Shown: positions 31,353-42,442, counted from the stretch's first letter. The stretch: DNA of 64,000 nucleotides from an uncultured Chroococcidiopsis sp. (GCA_964248365.1 CAXTYC010000015.1:1-64000); one strand, 5' to 3'. Notes: a model not told the origin generated them from the sequence alone. Program-made: numbers and translations.

Positions 31353-31401
31353 ATGAGTATTCATACCTCAATTCAGCAACGCCCTCTTAAAGCGTACCTG
31401 G

Positions 31402-32443
31402 TTAATTTTCTCGCCTAACTTCTTCAATTTGACCGACTTCAAAAATTCAGGTAAACTTTTGACCCATTTCTTTTTCGATAAATTCTTCTAAAAGCTTCAC
31501 CTGATACGGTGTCAACTTTCCTTTAGCGCGAACATTTAGGCGAACTTCAGGTGGAGTAGCTAACCAATTTACATCACTTTTAAGCAGTACCACTCGTTGA
31601 AACGTAATCGTTCGATTCAGCAACGCTTGCTTTAGGCTAGCTTCGAGTTGGGCTTGCTTGATCAATTGCACAAAGCTACCACCTAGAGGAAGCAGGAGGA
31701 TAGCTGTAAAACCTAACGTCCAACCAAGGGCTTTACTAGCACGGCGCAGCGAGGTGTAGCCTGTGAGCAAAAAGACTAACATACACCAGAGAGTAATTCC
31801 CAGCAAATTAGTTAGGTACAATATTGTTGCACCTTGACTTAGTGGCCAATCTGCTTGAGATAAACCCAAACCAACGACACAAACTGGCGGCATCAGAGCA
31901 ACAGCGTAGGACGCAAGTCCTTGCCGCAGGCATCGCCGTTCCTGCTAGAGTAGAAGAAATTTTGGGTTCAACTTTGGCAAAACCACTAATCGCCCCAGCA
32001 GCGACTGCAATTCCCAAGTCTAGTAAATTTGGTCGAGAACGGGCTACAACTTCGCTACCAAATTCTGGTAGTCTCACCAAAGAACCCAGAAGCAGGGCTA
32101 AAAAAATTGCTGCCAGTGTTCCTACTACTATTGCAGTTAAACCTCTACGGAACAGCAAAACATTACCTTCTAAAGCTCCAAATGCTAACCCTCGAATTGG
32201 TAACATCAAAGGAGCAACGAGCATAGCACCGATAATTACAGCCGCACTGTTGGAGAGTAACCCCAAAGTAGCGAACCTCCGTAGGAGGCGCTTCGCTAAC
32301 GCACACGAACCGATAATCAATACAATATAGTTGCGATCTAAAGTTGATTCTTCTAACAGATCGACTTGTATTTTCTCTAGATTCTCCGAGCTAACTTTTC
32401 TATTTTTGAGATTGTTAAAACGCTGCCTAATATTATTTGCCAT
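31402..32443 (-). pseudogene. DUF389 membrane protein, disrupted
   Basis: VIIGAMLVAPLMLPI and RSRPNLLDLGIA motifs. The expected GTAIAVALMPP is broken by a 25-bp insertion in a HIP1 site, and a late TGA precedes IFEVGQIEEVRREN*. Confidence 0.85.
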
Positions 32444-32546
32444 CCTCTCCCTCCATCAGCAAAATGCATTATACGCACCAAAGTTGATTTCAGTCTGCTT
32501 ATGTTGTTGTACTGTAGGGAACTGATGAATTTCATTTTAGTTCCCT

Positions 32547-34112
32547 ATGGCTTTAGATGCTGCTAAATCTGCAATTGAGCAAAATATAGAGCAATTTCTG
32601 CTGGTGCTTTCCGTCTCCCTCAGTGTCGCCACCCTCTCGCGCGTTTTCACTTGGTTTCGCCAAATCCCTTACACCTTACTACTGGTGATTGTCGGCTTGG
32701 TTTTAGCCTTCGTAGATGTGCGACTAGTTAGCCTCTCACCAGAATTGATTCTAGAGATTTTTTTGCCGCCGTTGCTGTTTGAAGCCGCCTGGAATTTGAA
32801 ATGGCGGGATTTGCTGCGAGAGCTAGTACCAGTCACTCTTTATGCGGTTGTCGGTGTAATCATTTCTGTTGTGGGTATTGGTTTTGCCCTAAATCAAATA
32901 GCTGGTATGACGTTACCTATAGCCCTGTTGGTGGGGGCGAGTCTAGCTGCTACAGATCCAGTTTCCGTAATTGCGCTGTTTCGGGAACTAGGGGCGGGAA
33001 AACGTCTTAACACTCTGATGGAGGGAGAGAGTTTATTCAATGACGGCGTGGCGGTTGTTGCTTTCGGTTTGTTGGTAGGAATTCCATTAGGGCTGGAGGA
33101 GTTCAATATTCCCACAACGATCGCTCGTTTCTTTGTGGTTGTTGGAGTCGGTATTGGTGTAGGTAGTATGATCGGTTTTGGTATTTCCTACCTCACCCAA
33201 AGGTTTGATTTACCCCTAGTGGAACAATCCCTTACTCTGGTTTCAGCTTATGGCACTTATATTGTTACTGAGAAATTGGGTGGTTCGGGTGTAATTGGTG
33301 TAGTTACCGTCAGTCTGATTTTAGGTAACTTTGGCTCTCGAATTGGTATGAATCCCCGTACCAGGCTCGTAGTGACTGAATTTTGGGAGTTTTTAGCCTT
33401 TTTTGTCAATTCAATCGTCTTTCTGCTAATTGGCGATCAAATCCACTATGCCAGTTTGGGCGAAAATCTAGGTTTGATTGCAATTACGATCGCAGCGATG
33501 ATTTTAACACGAGCGATCGCCATTTATGGACTGGGAGGCTTGAGCAATTGGTTAGCCAAGTCAGAAATTGGATTACGAAAGCAAACAGTACTGTGGTGGG
33601 GTGGCTTGCGCGGTTCTGTAGCGATCGCTCTAGCTTTAAGTGTGCCAGAATCCATCAGCGATCGCAAGGCGATTATTGACATTGTATTTGGAGTAGTTTT
33701 ATTTACACTGCTAGTCCAAGGTTTGACAATTAAAATATTGCTAGAAAAGCTAGGACTTATTAGCCAACAGCAGCCACTACGTCAAAAATATCTAGAAGCC
33801 GTTGCCCGTCGCATTGCCCTAAATCGGGTATTAAATTATCTATCTGCGGCAAGCCAATATCAAGAAATTGAGCCAGAATATTGCCGTTACCAAGCAGAAC
33901 TTATAGAAGGACAACTCAAAAGTATAGAAGAAGAAATTACTCAAATACAAAAGCAGTATCCTGATTTACGTACCTTGGTATTAGAACAACTTCAAGACAA
34001 ACTGTTAAACATTGAAGCTGATACTTATGCAGAATTAATCAGAGCAGGGCGACTTGATAATAAACTTTCTCCTCTACTTACAGAAATTATCGCAGTTGGA
34101 GAGGAAAACTAA
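32547..34112 (+). CDS. Na+/H+ antiporter, CPA1/NhaP family
   Basis: FLPPLLFEAA, ATDPVSV, EGESLFNDG and GGLRGSV motifs. Confidence 0.93.
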   Translation: MALDAAKSAIEQNIEQFLLVLSVSLSVATLSRVFTWFRQIPYTLLLVIVGLVLAFVDVRLVSLSPELILEIFLPPLLFEAAWNLKWRDLLRELVPVTLYAVVGVIISVVGIGFALNQIAGMTLPIALLVGASLAATDPVSVIALFRELGAGKRLNTLMEGESLFNDGVAVVAFGLLVGIPLGLEEFNIPTTIARFFVVVGVGIGVGSMIGFGISYLTQRFDLPLVEQSLTLVSAYGTYIVTEKLGGSGVIGVVTVSLILGNFGSRIGMNPRTRLVVTEFWEFLAFFVNSIVFLLIGDQIHYASLGENLGLIAITIAAMILTRAIAIYGLGGLSNWLAKSEIGLRKQTVLWWGGLRGSVAIALALSVPESISDRKAIIDIVFGVVLFTLLVQGLTIKILLEKLGLISQQQPLRQKYLEAVARRIALNRVLNYLSAASQYQEIEPEYCRYQAELIEGQLKSIEEEITQIQKQYPDLRTLVLEQLQDKLLNIEADTYAELIRAGRLDNKLSPLLTEIIAVGEEN

Positions 34113-34296
34113 ATAATTCGTAATTCGTAATTCGTAATTCGTAATTCGTAATTAACGGTTATAAGTGAAATTTATAGTAGGGTGGGCATTGCCCACCATT
34201 ATCTAAATAATTCGTAATTCGTAATTCGTAATTCGTAATTAACGGTTATAAGCATTGCCCACCATTCTCAGATTTGGTGGGCATTGCCCACCCTAC
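34110..34296. repeat. Composite repeat: duplicated (AATTCGT)n STRR blocks alternating with GGTGGGCATTGCCCACC REP-like palindromes
   Basis: TAAATAATTCG(TAATTCG)nTAATTAACGGTTATAAG occurs twice. Palindromes at 34181-34197, ~34252-34263 (partial) and 34276-34292, between convergent genes. Confidence 0.85.
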
Positions 34297-34313
34297 TAAA
34301 ATCTAAAATAGTA

Positions 34314-34934
34314 TTACCTTAACAAATTCTCTGGAATCTTCTCAGGTACAACCCAGTAGTAAATCAATTTGCCGTTTACCAGTTCCTTGCGCTGTGGTTT
34401 CCACTCTCCCATATCGAAAGCGTGGGACACTATGCGAGTACCAGGCTTGAGTTCTTTTAACAACTTCGGTCGCAACTTGATATTAATATCCGGTAGCAGG
34501 TAAAGAGTTACTACCGTAGCCTTACTCAAATCAGTCTCAAACAAGTCTTGTTGACGAAATTCTACCAGATTAGTGACACCAGCTTTTTGGGCATTTGCAT
34601 TCGCCTCCTCAATCCGCCTGGGGTTAATGTCTAGGCCCACACCGCGCGTACCGTACTTTTGTGCTGCGGTAATTACGATCCGCCCATCACCACTACCCAG
34701 ATCATAAAGAATATCATTTTTGTTGACTTTGGCGATCGCCAGCATTCGGTCTACAATTGCTCCAGGTGTTGGTACGTAGGGAACATCAGGCTGACGTTGG
34801 GGTTGAGTAGTAGGCGCACTTACTTGGGCTAGTACCAACGTATCGAACTGGTGTTTTTGAGTATACGCCACAAACATCAAGCTACCAACACTCACACCTG
34901 TAATCAGTAGCTGCGTTATTTGTTGTAACTGCAT
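34314..34934 (-). CDS. Class I SAM-dependent methyltransferase with N-terminal signal/anchor
   Basis: DVPYVPTP, YDLGSGDGRI, VVTLYL and GTRIVSH motifs. Confidence 0.9.
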   Translation of the reverse strand: MQLQQITQLLITGVSVGSLMFVAYTQKHQFDTLVLAQVSAPTTQPQRQPDVPYVPTPGAIVDRMLAIAKVNKNDILYDLGSGDGRIVITAAQKYGTRGVGLDINPRRIEEANANAQKAGVTNLVEFRQQDLFETDLSKATVVTLYLLPDINIKLRPKLLKELKPGTRIVSHAFDMGEWKPQRKELVNGKLIYYWVVPEKIPENLLR

Positions 34935-35020
34935 AGTACTTGTCTTTGTTTGAGTTGTAGAGACGCGACAGGTAGCGCGTCTCTACAAAATCATGCTTCA
35001 CAATCAGGAAAAGAAAGAGT

Positions 35021-35995
35021 TTAAAACCCGTTAAAGTTGTAGCCAACTCCGATTGCCAGCCCGACACTAGTGCTGTCAAAAAAGCCTGCATTGACCGCAG
35101 CTGTTGCGGTAAATTGGCGAGTTAAAGGAACGTCTACACCAGCAGTTACCATTGGTGCGACATCGCTGTTGTCACCAGTCGCAATGCCTATGCCAGCTCC
35201 TAAGTATGGAGCGAAAGAAGATAATGCTTCTTCGTCAATACCTGTTGATCTTAAGTTAAAGTCGTAGGTAATAGGAATCAAAACAGTCGTATTATCCCCA
35301 ATTATCGCCGACGGACGCACAGATATAGAATTTGTGAGTCCAATTTTGCTGATGATCGTAAAGTTACCCAAGCCCAATGCTGTTCCACCACCACCTAAAC
35401 CAATGTTACCAGCCACCCCAACATAGCTAGATCCAGAACGGGTAGCTCTACCAGGTCTAACATCACTACCAAAACTTGGCTGGGTAGGTGTGCTTTCTTG
35501 TGAAGGTGCAGTTTCCTGTGAAGGTGTGGTGGGTGTTGTTTCTGGGGTAGTAGTAGGTGGCATTTGCGTACCTGGGGTAGTAGGTGTAACAGTACCATCT
35601 GTACCTGGGGTAGTAGGTGTAACAGTACCATCTGTACCTGGGGTAGTAGTAGGTGGCACAGTTTGCGTACCTGGGGTAGTAGGTGTGACAGTACTATCTG
35701 TACCTGGGGTAGTAGGTGTGACAGTACCATCTGTACCTGGGGTAGTAGGTGTGACACTACCACCTGTACCTGGGGTAGTAGGTGTGGTGTTATCTGGAGC
35801 AGTAGGATCTACTTGTGCCACCCTAGTATCTATGGGTTCACTCCTTAGCACAGAAGCAGAAGTTAAAACCTTATTGTCTTTTCTCTCAACATTTGAGTTA
35901 ATAGTTTGAGCTTGAACTGAAAGTCCACTTGCAAGCACTGTCACACTAGTGAGACTAAGTAACAAAGAAGCCCGCTTGAAAAAAACGTTATTCAT
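35021..35995 (-). CDS. Secreted/outer-membrane beta-barrel protein with a Thr/Pro-rich repeat linker
   Basis: Signal peptide, 11-aa TVTPTTPGTDG repeats, APYLGAG strand and terminal GVGYNFNGF. Confidence 0.8.
   Translation of the reverse strand: MNNVFFKRASLLLSLTSVTVLASGLSVQAQTINSNVERKDNKVLTSASVLRSEPIDTRVAQVDPTAPDNTTPTTPGTGGSVTPTTPGTDGTVTPTTPGTDSTVTPTTPGTQTVPPTTTPGTDGTVTPTTPGTDGTVTPTTPGTQMPPTTTPETTPTTPSQETAPSQESTPTQPSFGSDVRPGRATRSGSSYVGVAGNIGLGGGGTALGLGNFTIISKIGLTNSISVRPSAIIGDNTTVLIPITYDFNLRSTGIDEEALSSFAPYLGAGIGIATGDNSDVAPMVTAGVDVPLTRQFTATAAVNAGFFDSTSVGLAIGVGYNFNGF
35560..35790 (-). repeat. ~33-bp tandem coding repeats
   Basis: GTACCTGGGGTAGTAGGTGT unit repeated about 7 times. Confidence 0.9.
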
Positions 35996-36384
35996 TAGTT
36001 ATTCCCTCATGAACTCTGTGTCGAGAAATACCTAATAAATAACTTAGCTAAAGCAATGCTATTTAAAAATATTCAATGTGATGGATAATTGACTGACACA
36101 CTTGGATGTTCTTGTTTAGCAATAATCATACCATTTTAGATTTTAGATTTTAGATTTAAAGATTGTGAAAGCCTTATAATAGTGGGAGTTTCAGCATTCC
36201 AAGTCTTGCTGCAATAAAATAAAATGGTATCAGCAATTTCTTACCTAAGAAAGAGGTAATATTATCAATAAGTTTTAAGATATAGCGCTTTTTTATTTTA
36301 TCATGATAAAATAAAATATCAGCCCCTTTGCAAAGAGGCTTTTTGCCAACTATAAGCCGCGATCGCGTCTATAAAATTTCTGTC

Positions 36385-37833
36385 CTAATCCCTAGAATAT
36401 ATTCGCTTGAGCAAATCATAAAAAGGTTGCCAATTATCTTCGTTGGCGATCGGTTCCCAAATTGACTCAATCACTGGTCTAAGTAATGCAGTCTTAGGAT
36501 TACTCTGCTTCAATCGAGGAGCAACATTATCCATCTCATCCAAGGTCAACTGAGTTAAAATTTCGTGGTATAGATTACGCCAGTTATTTAAATATTGTGC
36601 TGGGATATCGGCTAATTCGAGTATAGAATTAGCATCAGAGCGCCAAAAGGGTGAAAAACTTTGTGCCAACTGTGAAAAGAAATCGTGGTAGCCGATTTGA
36701 GTATCTCTTAAAAGCAGAATTGTAAATTCAAAAAGCTGATTTGACTGGGGTAATTCAATCTGAGAAAAACCTAACTTTTTCAGCATTAAATTCTTATATT
36801 CAGCTTGATAATATTCACCAAAAAGAGCTAAACTATTTTCCATATCGGTAGGGTCAATCACAACCCCTAACGGTTCTTGCAGTGCTGCTAAATTAAGTTG
36901 ACAAATAGCAGGTTGCCTGCCATAACTATAGCGGCGGGAATAGTCAAAATATGCGGCAGTAAATTGGAGATCATAGCTAGGGATAAAAGCATAAGGACCA
37001 TAGTCAAAACTTTCACCCGTAATTGACATATTATCAGTATTTAGTACTCCATGACAAAAGCCAGCCGCCATCCATTGCGCTGTTAATTGTGCTACCCGTT
37101 TGACTAATTCTGCATAAAACAGAACATAAGAATCTGGTTTACCCTGGAAAGAAGGGTAGTAATACTCAATTACATGATCTAACAGCTTTTTGATTAAATC
37201 TGGACGCTCGATGCAATATAATCGCTCAAACGTGCCAAATCGAATATGCGATCGGCTAAAGCGCACCATTACAGACGATCGCGTTGGCGAAGGTTCATCG
37301 CCTCGCCAAAGTTGTTCACCTGTTTCAAGCATGGACAGACAGCGAGAGGTACGCACACCCATCTGATGTAGTGCTTCCGCTGCTAAGACTTCCCTCACAC
37401 CTCCCTTGAGTGTTAACCTACCATCACCACCACGAGAGTAGGGAGTTTTGCCCGAACCTTTCGTCCCAAAGTCATAAAGTTCGCCATCCACACCCCGCAC
37501 TTGACCATATAGAAAGCCTCTACCATCACCCAGAAAGGGGTTATATTCACCAAATTGATAGCCATGATAGCGTAGAGCTAAAAAAGGTTTTACTTGCTGA
37601 AATTTGCCAAACGCTTCAATAAAATCTTCGTCACTTACAGCTTGGGGATCTAATCCTAGCTTGGGTAGTAGGCGATCGTTGCGAAAGCGCAAAATGTGCT
37701 GGGGAAATTCAGCCGCTTCGACTTCATCGAAAAAGTCACCCCCCAAAGATTCCATCGCGCTTTCGTAGTTGAGGGTAAGGAAGGGGTTGGAAGAATTGGA
37801 GTTATTTGGAGTTGTAGCTATCATGAGGAGCAA
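36385..37833 (-). CDS. selO: Protein adenylyltransferase SelO (YdiU family)
   Basis: YHGYQFG...[35 protein letters not shown] and FDYGP motifs. Confidence 0.93.
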   Translation of the reverse strand: MLLMIATTPNNSNSSNPFLTLNYESAMESLGGDFFDEVEAAEFPQHILRFRNDRLLPKLGLDPQAVSDEDFIEAFGKFQQVKPFLALRYHGYQFGEYNPFLGDGRGFLYGQVRGVDGELYDFGTKGSGKTPYSRGGDGRLTLKGGVREVLAAEALHQMGVRTSRCLSMLETGEQLWRGDEPSPTRSSVMVRFSRSHIRFGTFERLYCIERPDLIKKLLDHVIEYYYPSFQGKPDSYVLFYAELVKRVAQLTAQWMAAGFCHGVLNTDNMSITGESFDYGPYAFIPSYDLQFTAAYFDYSRRYSYGRQPAICQLNLAALQEPLGVVIDPTDMENSLALFGEYYQAEYKNLMLKKLGFSQIELPQSNQLFEFTILLLRDTQIGYHDFFSQLAQSFSPFWRSDANSILELADIPAQYLNNWRNLYHEILTQLTLDEMDNVAPRLKQSNPKTALLRPVIESIWEPIANEDNWQPFYDLLKRIYSRD

Positions 37834-38036
37834 AATTTAATTCATTCTGCTCTCGATCCTAGCTAAGTATGATCGTAGTATACCACCCATGCCCACCTAA
37901 ATATAAATTAATCAAAAAAGCGAAATTTAATCTATGGCGACACAATATGTTTAATATATTGCAAATAAAATCTAAATTAAATTCCTGTGGTGGGCAATGC
38001 CCACCCTACTGACAAATTTAATTCCAGCGGCACAAG

Positions 38037-38694
38037 ATGATTAATATATTAGTATTAAAATCTAAATTGAATCAATTAGCTAGTATAGATAAAAAAATCA
38101 CTATTTTTGCTTCCCAATTCCATCAATATAAACTAAATACTTGCTTAGCAGCGGCAGAAATCCAAGCATTTGAGCGAGAATACAAAATTACACTTCCACA
38201 AGATTATCGCAACTTTTTGCGCTTAAGTTGGTAATGGGGGTGCAGGTCCTGGGTATGGTTTACTTGGGATAGGATATGAAAGTGAAATGACTGAAACATT
38301 GAATGAAGAAAGCGATAAATTTTTGGCTCAGCCATTTCTACTAAAGGAAGCATGGAATGATTTAGATTTAATGATTGAAAATGAACAGGAAGAAGAATAT
38401 GCCTACTTTGATAACAAATTCATCCAAGGCACTATCACAATTGCACACTATGGTTGTGGAATGTTTGCACGGTTAGTTATTACAGGGGAGCAGCGCGGAA
38501 ATATTTGGATGGACGATCGCAGTAATGATGGTGGTATATATCCTTTTTCTCGCAATGTTTGCTATTTTCTTCATGAAAGCAAAGCAGATAATTGCCATGA
38601 AGATGAAGATATGCAGCAGCCTTTGAGTTTTTATAACTGGTATGACGACTGGCTGAATAGGAGTTTGTCTGCAAGTCACAACTACTATCGGTAG
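38037..38694 (+). pseudogene. SMI1/KNR4 (SUKH) family protein, frameshifted
   Basis: EIQAFEREYKITLPQDYRNFL, then a frameshift near 38220 into VGNGGAGPGYGL...HYGCG...LVITGEQRGNIWMDDR...FYNWYDDWL. Confidence 0.8.
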
Positions 38695-38784
38695 ACATCC
38701 GCAAACTGCTTTACCGCCGTTTGCAGCAAGCAGGAGTGGGTACGGGCGCTTTGATTGATAAACCCGCCCCTACTACTTTTCGCT

Positions 38785-41082
38785 TTATTCCTCAACTTCA
38801 CCAACGCGGCGCATATCAATAATGTCACTCATTTTCTTAATCTGAGTAAAAACGTGTTCGAGTTGGTTGCGATCGCGCACATCTATTCCCAATTCAATCA
38901 CCGCTGGCTGACCATAAGCAGTTTTCACTTGGGCATTACGCACATTGATCCCCACGTCAGTCAATCTTGACAGGATATCTCTAAGTACCCCTACTCGGTC
39001 AATTGCTTCGATTTGAATATTAACCGGATAAGTTTGGGGACGCATTCTTTGTGAGTCGGTTGAATTCCAACTCGTTGGTACTAGGCGATCGCACTGCACA
39101 TTTTCTACATTCTGGCATCCTTGGCGATGAATCGAAATTCCCCGATTGCTGCGTGTCGTCACCACACCGATAATTGATTCCCCAGGAATTGGACTACAAC
39201 ACTTTGCCAAATGATAAAGTAGCCCTTCTACTCCGGCTATAGGCGATTCACTTGCACGGGTTGGGGGTGAAACAGCGGCTTCTCGCAGCGATTTTGTATT
39301 ATTAGAAGGCAAGCTGGGGGGAACTTCCGAGTTAGTAACAAGTGGTTGCTGTGCTTTAACTACTTCTCGCCAACGATTTAGCACCAAGTTCAAAGTAACT
39401 TCGCCATAACCTAAAGCGGCGAGTAAATCTTCAACGCTGTGATAATTACATCGCTCTGCTACAGTTTGCATTGGTTCTGACTTTAACAAAGCTTCAAAGC
39501 CAGTTTTACCCATTTCCTTTTCTAACAATCCACGACCACGAGCGACGTTTTCTTCTCGACGCGATCGCTTGTACCACTGCCGAATTCTGTTTTTCGCTGC
39601 TGACGTTGTGACAAAATTCAACCAATCCAAACTCGGATGACTGTTCTTCTGAGTGATAATTTCTACAATATCCCCATTCTTCAGCGTTGTGTCCAGAGTC
39701 ATCATCCGCCCGTTGACTTTCGCCCCAGCACAACGATTTCCTACTTCGGTGTGAATTCGATAGGCAAAATCCACTGGCGTTGAACCTGGACTTAGGGGAA
39801 CCACATCTCCTTTAGGAGTGAAGACATAAACTTCATCTTCAAATAAGTTGTCTTTGATGCTTTCTAGATATTCCTGGGCATCTTTGAGGTCATTTTGCCA
39901 TTCCAATAGCTGCCTTAGCCAAGTAAACTTCTCGTCTACAGGTGTGAGCTTGGCATTACTAGAACCACCTGTTTCCTTATACTTCCAATGAGCGGCAATT
40001 CCATACTCTGCTACTTGGTGCATCTCCACCGTCCGAATCTGCACCTCTAGGGGACGACCTGTAAAACCGACGACAGCAGTATGCAAAGACTGATAGCGGT
40101 TCGGCTTGGGCAAACCGATATAGTCCTTAAATCGTCCAGGGATCGGTTTAAAGGCATCATGCACCACTGCCAAAGCACGGTAGCATTCCTCATTCGTTTT
40201 CACAATGATCCGAATTGCTGCCAGATCGTAAATTTCATGAAATTCTTTTTGCTGCCGCTGCATCTTTTGGTAGATTCCATAAAGGTGCTTAGGACGACCA
40301 CTGATGTCAAATACCTGAATGCCAGAGTGCGCCAACCCCTGCTGCAAAGTTTCTGTAACTTTTGTGAGTCTTTCCTCCCTAGCTGCTCGTTTTTCAGCTA
40401 CTAATTCCTGAATTTGACGATAAGCTTCGGGTTCGAGATACTTAAATGCTAAATCTTCCAATTCCCACTTAAACCGCCCGATCCCCAACCGATTAGCCAA
40501 GGGAGCAAATATTTCTCGTGTTTCCAGAGCGATGCGACGGCGTTTGTCATCTGGCAAATGTTCGAGTGTACGCATATTGTGCAGCCGATCCGCTAGCTTG
40601 ACTACAATTACGCGAATATCTTGAGCCATTGCTAAGAACATCCGCCGGAAGTTCTCGGCTTGGCGCTCAGTCTTGCTGGAGAAATTTTCCGAAAACTTTG
40701 ATAGCTTAGTTACACCTTCGACTAGATGCCGGACTTCTGCACCAAAGCGTTGTTCTATCTCTTCTGGCGTGACTGGCGTATCCTCAACCACGTCGTGCAA
40801 AAAACCAGCAGCAATCATAGCGCTGCCACCTCCTAAGTCCCGCAACAACCCAGAAACGGCGATAGGATGACAAATGTAAGGTTCTCCTGATTTGCGGTAT
40901 TGCTCTTTATGCAGGTTGTAGGCAAATTCAAAGGCTCGACAAATCAGGCTATTGTCTTGCTGCGATCGCTCTGAGTTTGCATGGCTATCTGGCGCTGCTA
41001 TTAAACAGTTTTGTAGCCAATCAGGAATAGCAACATCAAAGGGGGTAATGGGAGCCAGGGTGTTCATAGGGACGGGCTTCAA
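38785..41082 (-). CDS. spoT: Bifunctional (p)ppGpp synthetase/hydrolase (RelA/SpoT)
   Basis: RKSGEPY, LHDVVED, KLADRLHN, GRPKH, YQSLHT, EVQIRT, TGS and ACT domains. Confidence 0.95.
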   Translation of the reverse strand: MKPVPMNTLAPITPFDVAIPDWLQNCLIAAPDSHANSERSQQDNSLICRAFEFAYNLHKEQYRKSGEPYICHPIAVSGLLRDLGGGSAMIAAGFLHDVVEDTPVTPEEIEQRFGAEVRHLVEGVTKLSKFSENFSSKTERQAENFRRMFLAMAQDIRVIVVKLADRLHNMRTLEHLPDDKRRRIALETREIFAPLANRLGIGRFKWELEDLAFKYLEPEAYRQIQELVAEKRAAREERLTKVTETLQQGLAHSGIQVFDISGRPKHLYGIYQKMQRQQKEFHEIYDLAAIRIIVKTNEECYRALAVVHDAFKPIPGRFKDYIGLPKPNRYQSLHTAVVGFTGRPLEVQIRTVEMHQVAEYGIAAHWKYKETGGSSNAKLTPVDEKFTWLRQLLEWQNDLKDAQEYLESIKDNLFEDEVYVFTPKGDVVPLSPGSTPVDFAYRIHTEVGNRCAGAKVNGRMMTLDTTLKNGDIVEIITQKNSHPSLDWLNFVTTSAAKNRIRQWYKRSRREENVARGRGLLEKEMGKTGFEALLKSEPMQTVAERCNYHSVEDLLAALGYGEVTLNLVLNRWREVVKAQQPLVTNSEVPPSLPSNNTKSLREAAVSPPTRASESPIAGVEGLLYHLAKCCSPIPGESIIGVVTTRSNRGISIHRQGCQNVENVQCDRLVPTSWNSTDSQRMRPQTYPVNIQIEAIDRVGVLRDILSRLTDVGINVRNAQVKTAYGQPAVIELGIDVRDRNQLEHVFTQIKKMSDIIDMRRVGEVEE

Positions 41083-41110
41083 ACACTCTTATATGTAGAT
41101 TTAGGGAAAC

Positions 41111-41124
41111 GTAACATAAACTAC
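41111..41124. promoter_or_regulatory. Candidate NtcA box in the rel/patD divergent region
   Basis: GTAACATAAACTAC fits GTA-N8-TAC. Confidence 0.4.
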
Positions 41125-41364
41125 AATGCTTCAGGATTGAGGTATTCAAAAATCGGCTATTACTACATTTTTAGTCTGAAGAGTAATAGCTTTGCCTTTG
41201 CTGTGTGCCTCAAGCGCGGCTATCGAAAGATTTTGACGGACGATTTGACTTTAGACTGAAAAAACCTCAAGCTTGCTTAAACTTTGTAGCTATCCTCAGT
41301 GTTGAATAGGGTTTATTCTATAACCAAAATTCTTTACATTAATACTATCCTAAGAATGGGATGT

Positions 41365-41736
41365 ATGTTGCCACATATTTATATTCAGCGCTATAACGAC
41401 TTTGCCATGATGCTTTTGCAGTTGCAACAAGCGGCAGCAGCTGGGGCGAGGATAGATGCACCTACCCTTCAAGAGAGTTTTTTGAAAGCACAACAATTTT
41501 TTCAGCAGCAGATAGTAAGTTTGGACAATAGTGACTTAGAGCCAGCTGATGAACCTAGAGTACGATCATATCAAACGGAGATCAGTAAACAACTACAGTT
41601 GTTAAGCATAGATGTGATGTTTTTGCAAGCGGCGCGCCAGCAACAAACGGCTACAATTAGACAAAACCAAATTCATTTGCGCCTGCAAACTTTGATTAGC
41701 TACTGTAATGCAATCATGGAAGGGGCTAGGGGCTAG
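41365..41736 (+). CDS. patD: PatD-family protein (heterocyst frequency control)
   Basis: QQFFQQQI...RVRSYQTEISKQLQLLSIDVMFLQAARQ...RLQTLISYC; divergent from the rel gene. Confidence 0.75.
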   Translation: MLPHIYIQRYNDFAMMLLQLQQAAAAGARIDAPTLQESFLKAQQFFQQQIVSLDNSDLEPADEPRVRSYQTEISKQLQLLSIDVMFLQAARQQQTATIRQNQIHLRLQTLISYCNAIMEGARG

Positions 41737-41992
41737 GGGTTAGGGGCTAGAAGGAAGCCAAAGGAAGCCAAAGGGAGAATTGCGAATTGTTCTGTCTGTT
41801 GGAAGTAGCCGCCAGATGGTGCATATTTCCTACTTTTTACGATCCGATTGTGTGTAAATCCTGATTATTCTTGACTTGGGAAAAACAACTGTAATAAATC
41901 TAGTAGGGTAGCGATCGCTTGCAATACCAGATAAATCAGTTACGACGCGATCGCCCAAGCCAAACAAATAGATTCAGCAAGGGTACAGCCTT

Positions 41993-42442
41993 ATGACATT
42001 CTTTCAATTCGAGGCAGATTTTGTAGATAGTCTACGTTGTATTCCTATGCAGGTGCGATTGAAGCTTGACACTTGCGGCATCAAGTTGCAACTGTCTGAT
42101 TGGAACCATTTTAATGCAACACAAAGGCAAGCTTTGGTTGAGATGCCTTGTCACACTGAAACTGAAATTCAAACTTACCGAGAATTTCTTCAACAATTGG
42201 TGCAGCAATACAATGGCGCACCACCAGCAGAACTACCAGTCGAGTCACATCCAGCGTGGATGGATTATACCACTATTCCAACTTTTGTGCAAGAAAAAGC
42301 TCAGGAAGTCGGAGGGGCGATCGCCTTACCACAATGGGCTTCCCTTACTCCTTTACAACGCTTTGCCTTAATTAAACTTAGCCGTCCCAGCCATGAAAAC
42401 AAAAATTTTTTACCAGCACTTCAAGAATTCAACCTACTCTAA
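41993..42442 (+). CDS. narM: Nitrate reductase-associated protein NarM
   Basis: FFQFEADFVDSLRCIPMQVRLKLDTCGIKL...LQRFALIKLSRPSHENKNF. Confidence 0.88.
   Translation: MTFFQFEADFVDSLRCIPMQVRLKLDTCGIKLQLSDWNHFNATQRQALVEMPCHTETEIQTYREFLQQLVQQYNGAPPAELPVESHPAWMDYTTIPTFVQEKAQEVGGAIALPQWASLTPLQRFALIKLSRPSHENKNFLPALQEFNLL

Noticed and set aside
34110..34296. Possible mini-CRISPR
   Set aside because: Made of heptamer STRR and REP-like palindromes without repeat-spacer periodicity.
35560..35790. Regular ~33-bp repeats resembling a CRISPR array
   Set aside because: No unique spacers; they are in-frame Thr/Pro coding repeats, and no cas genes are present.
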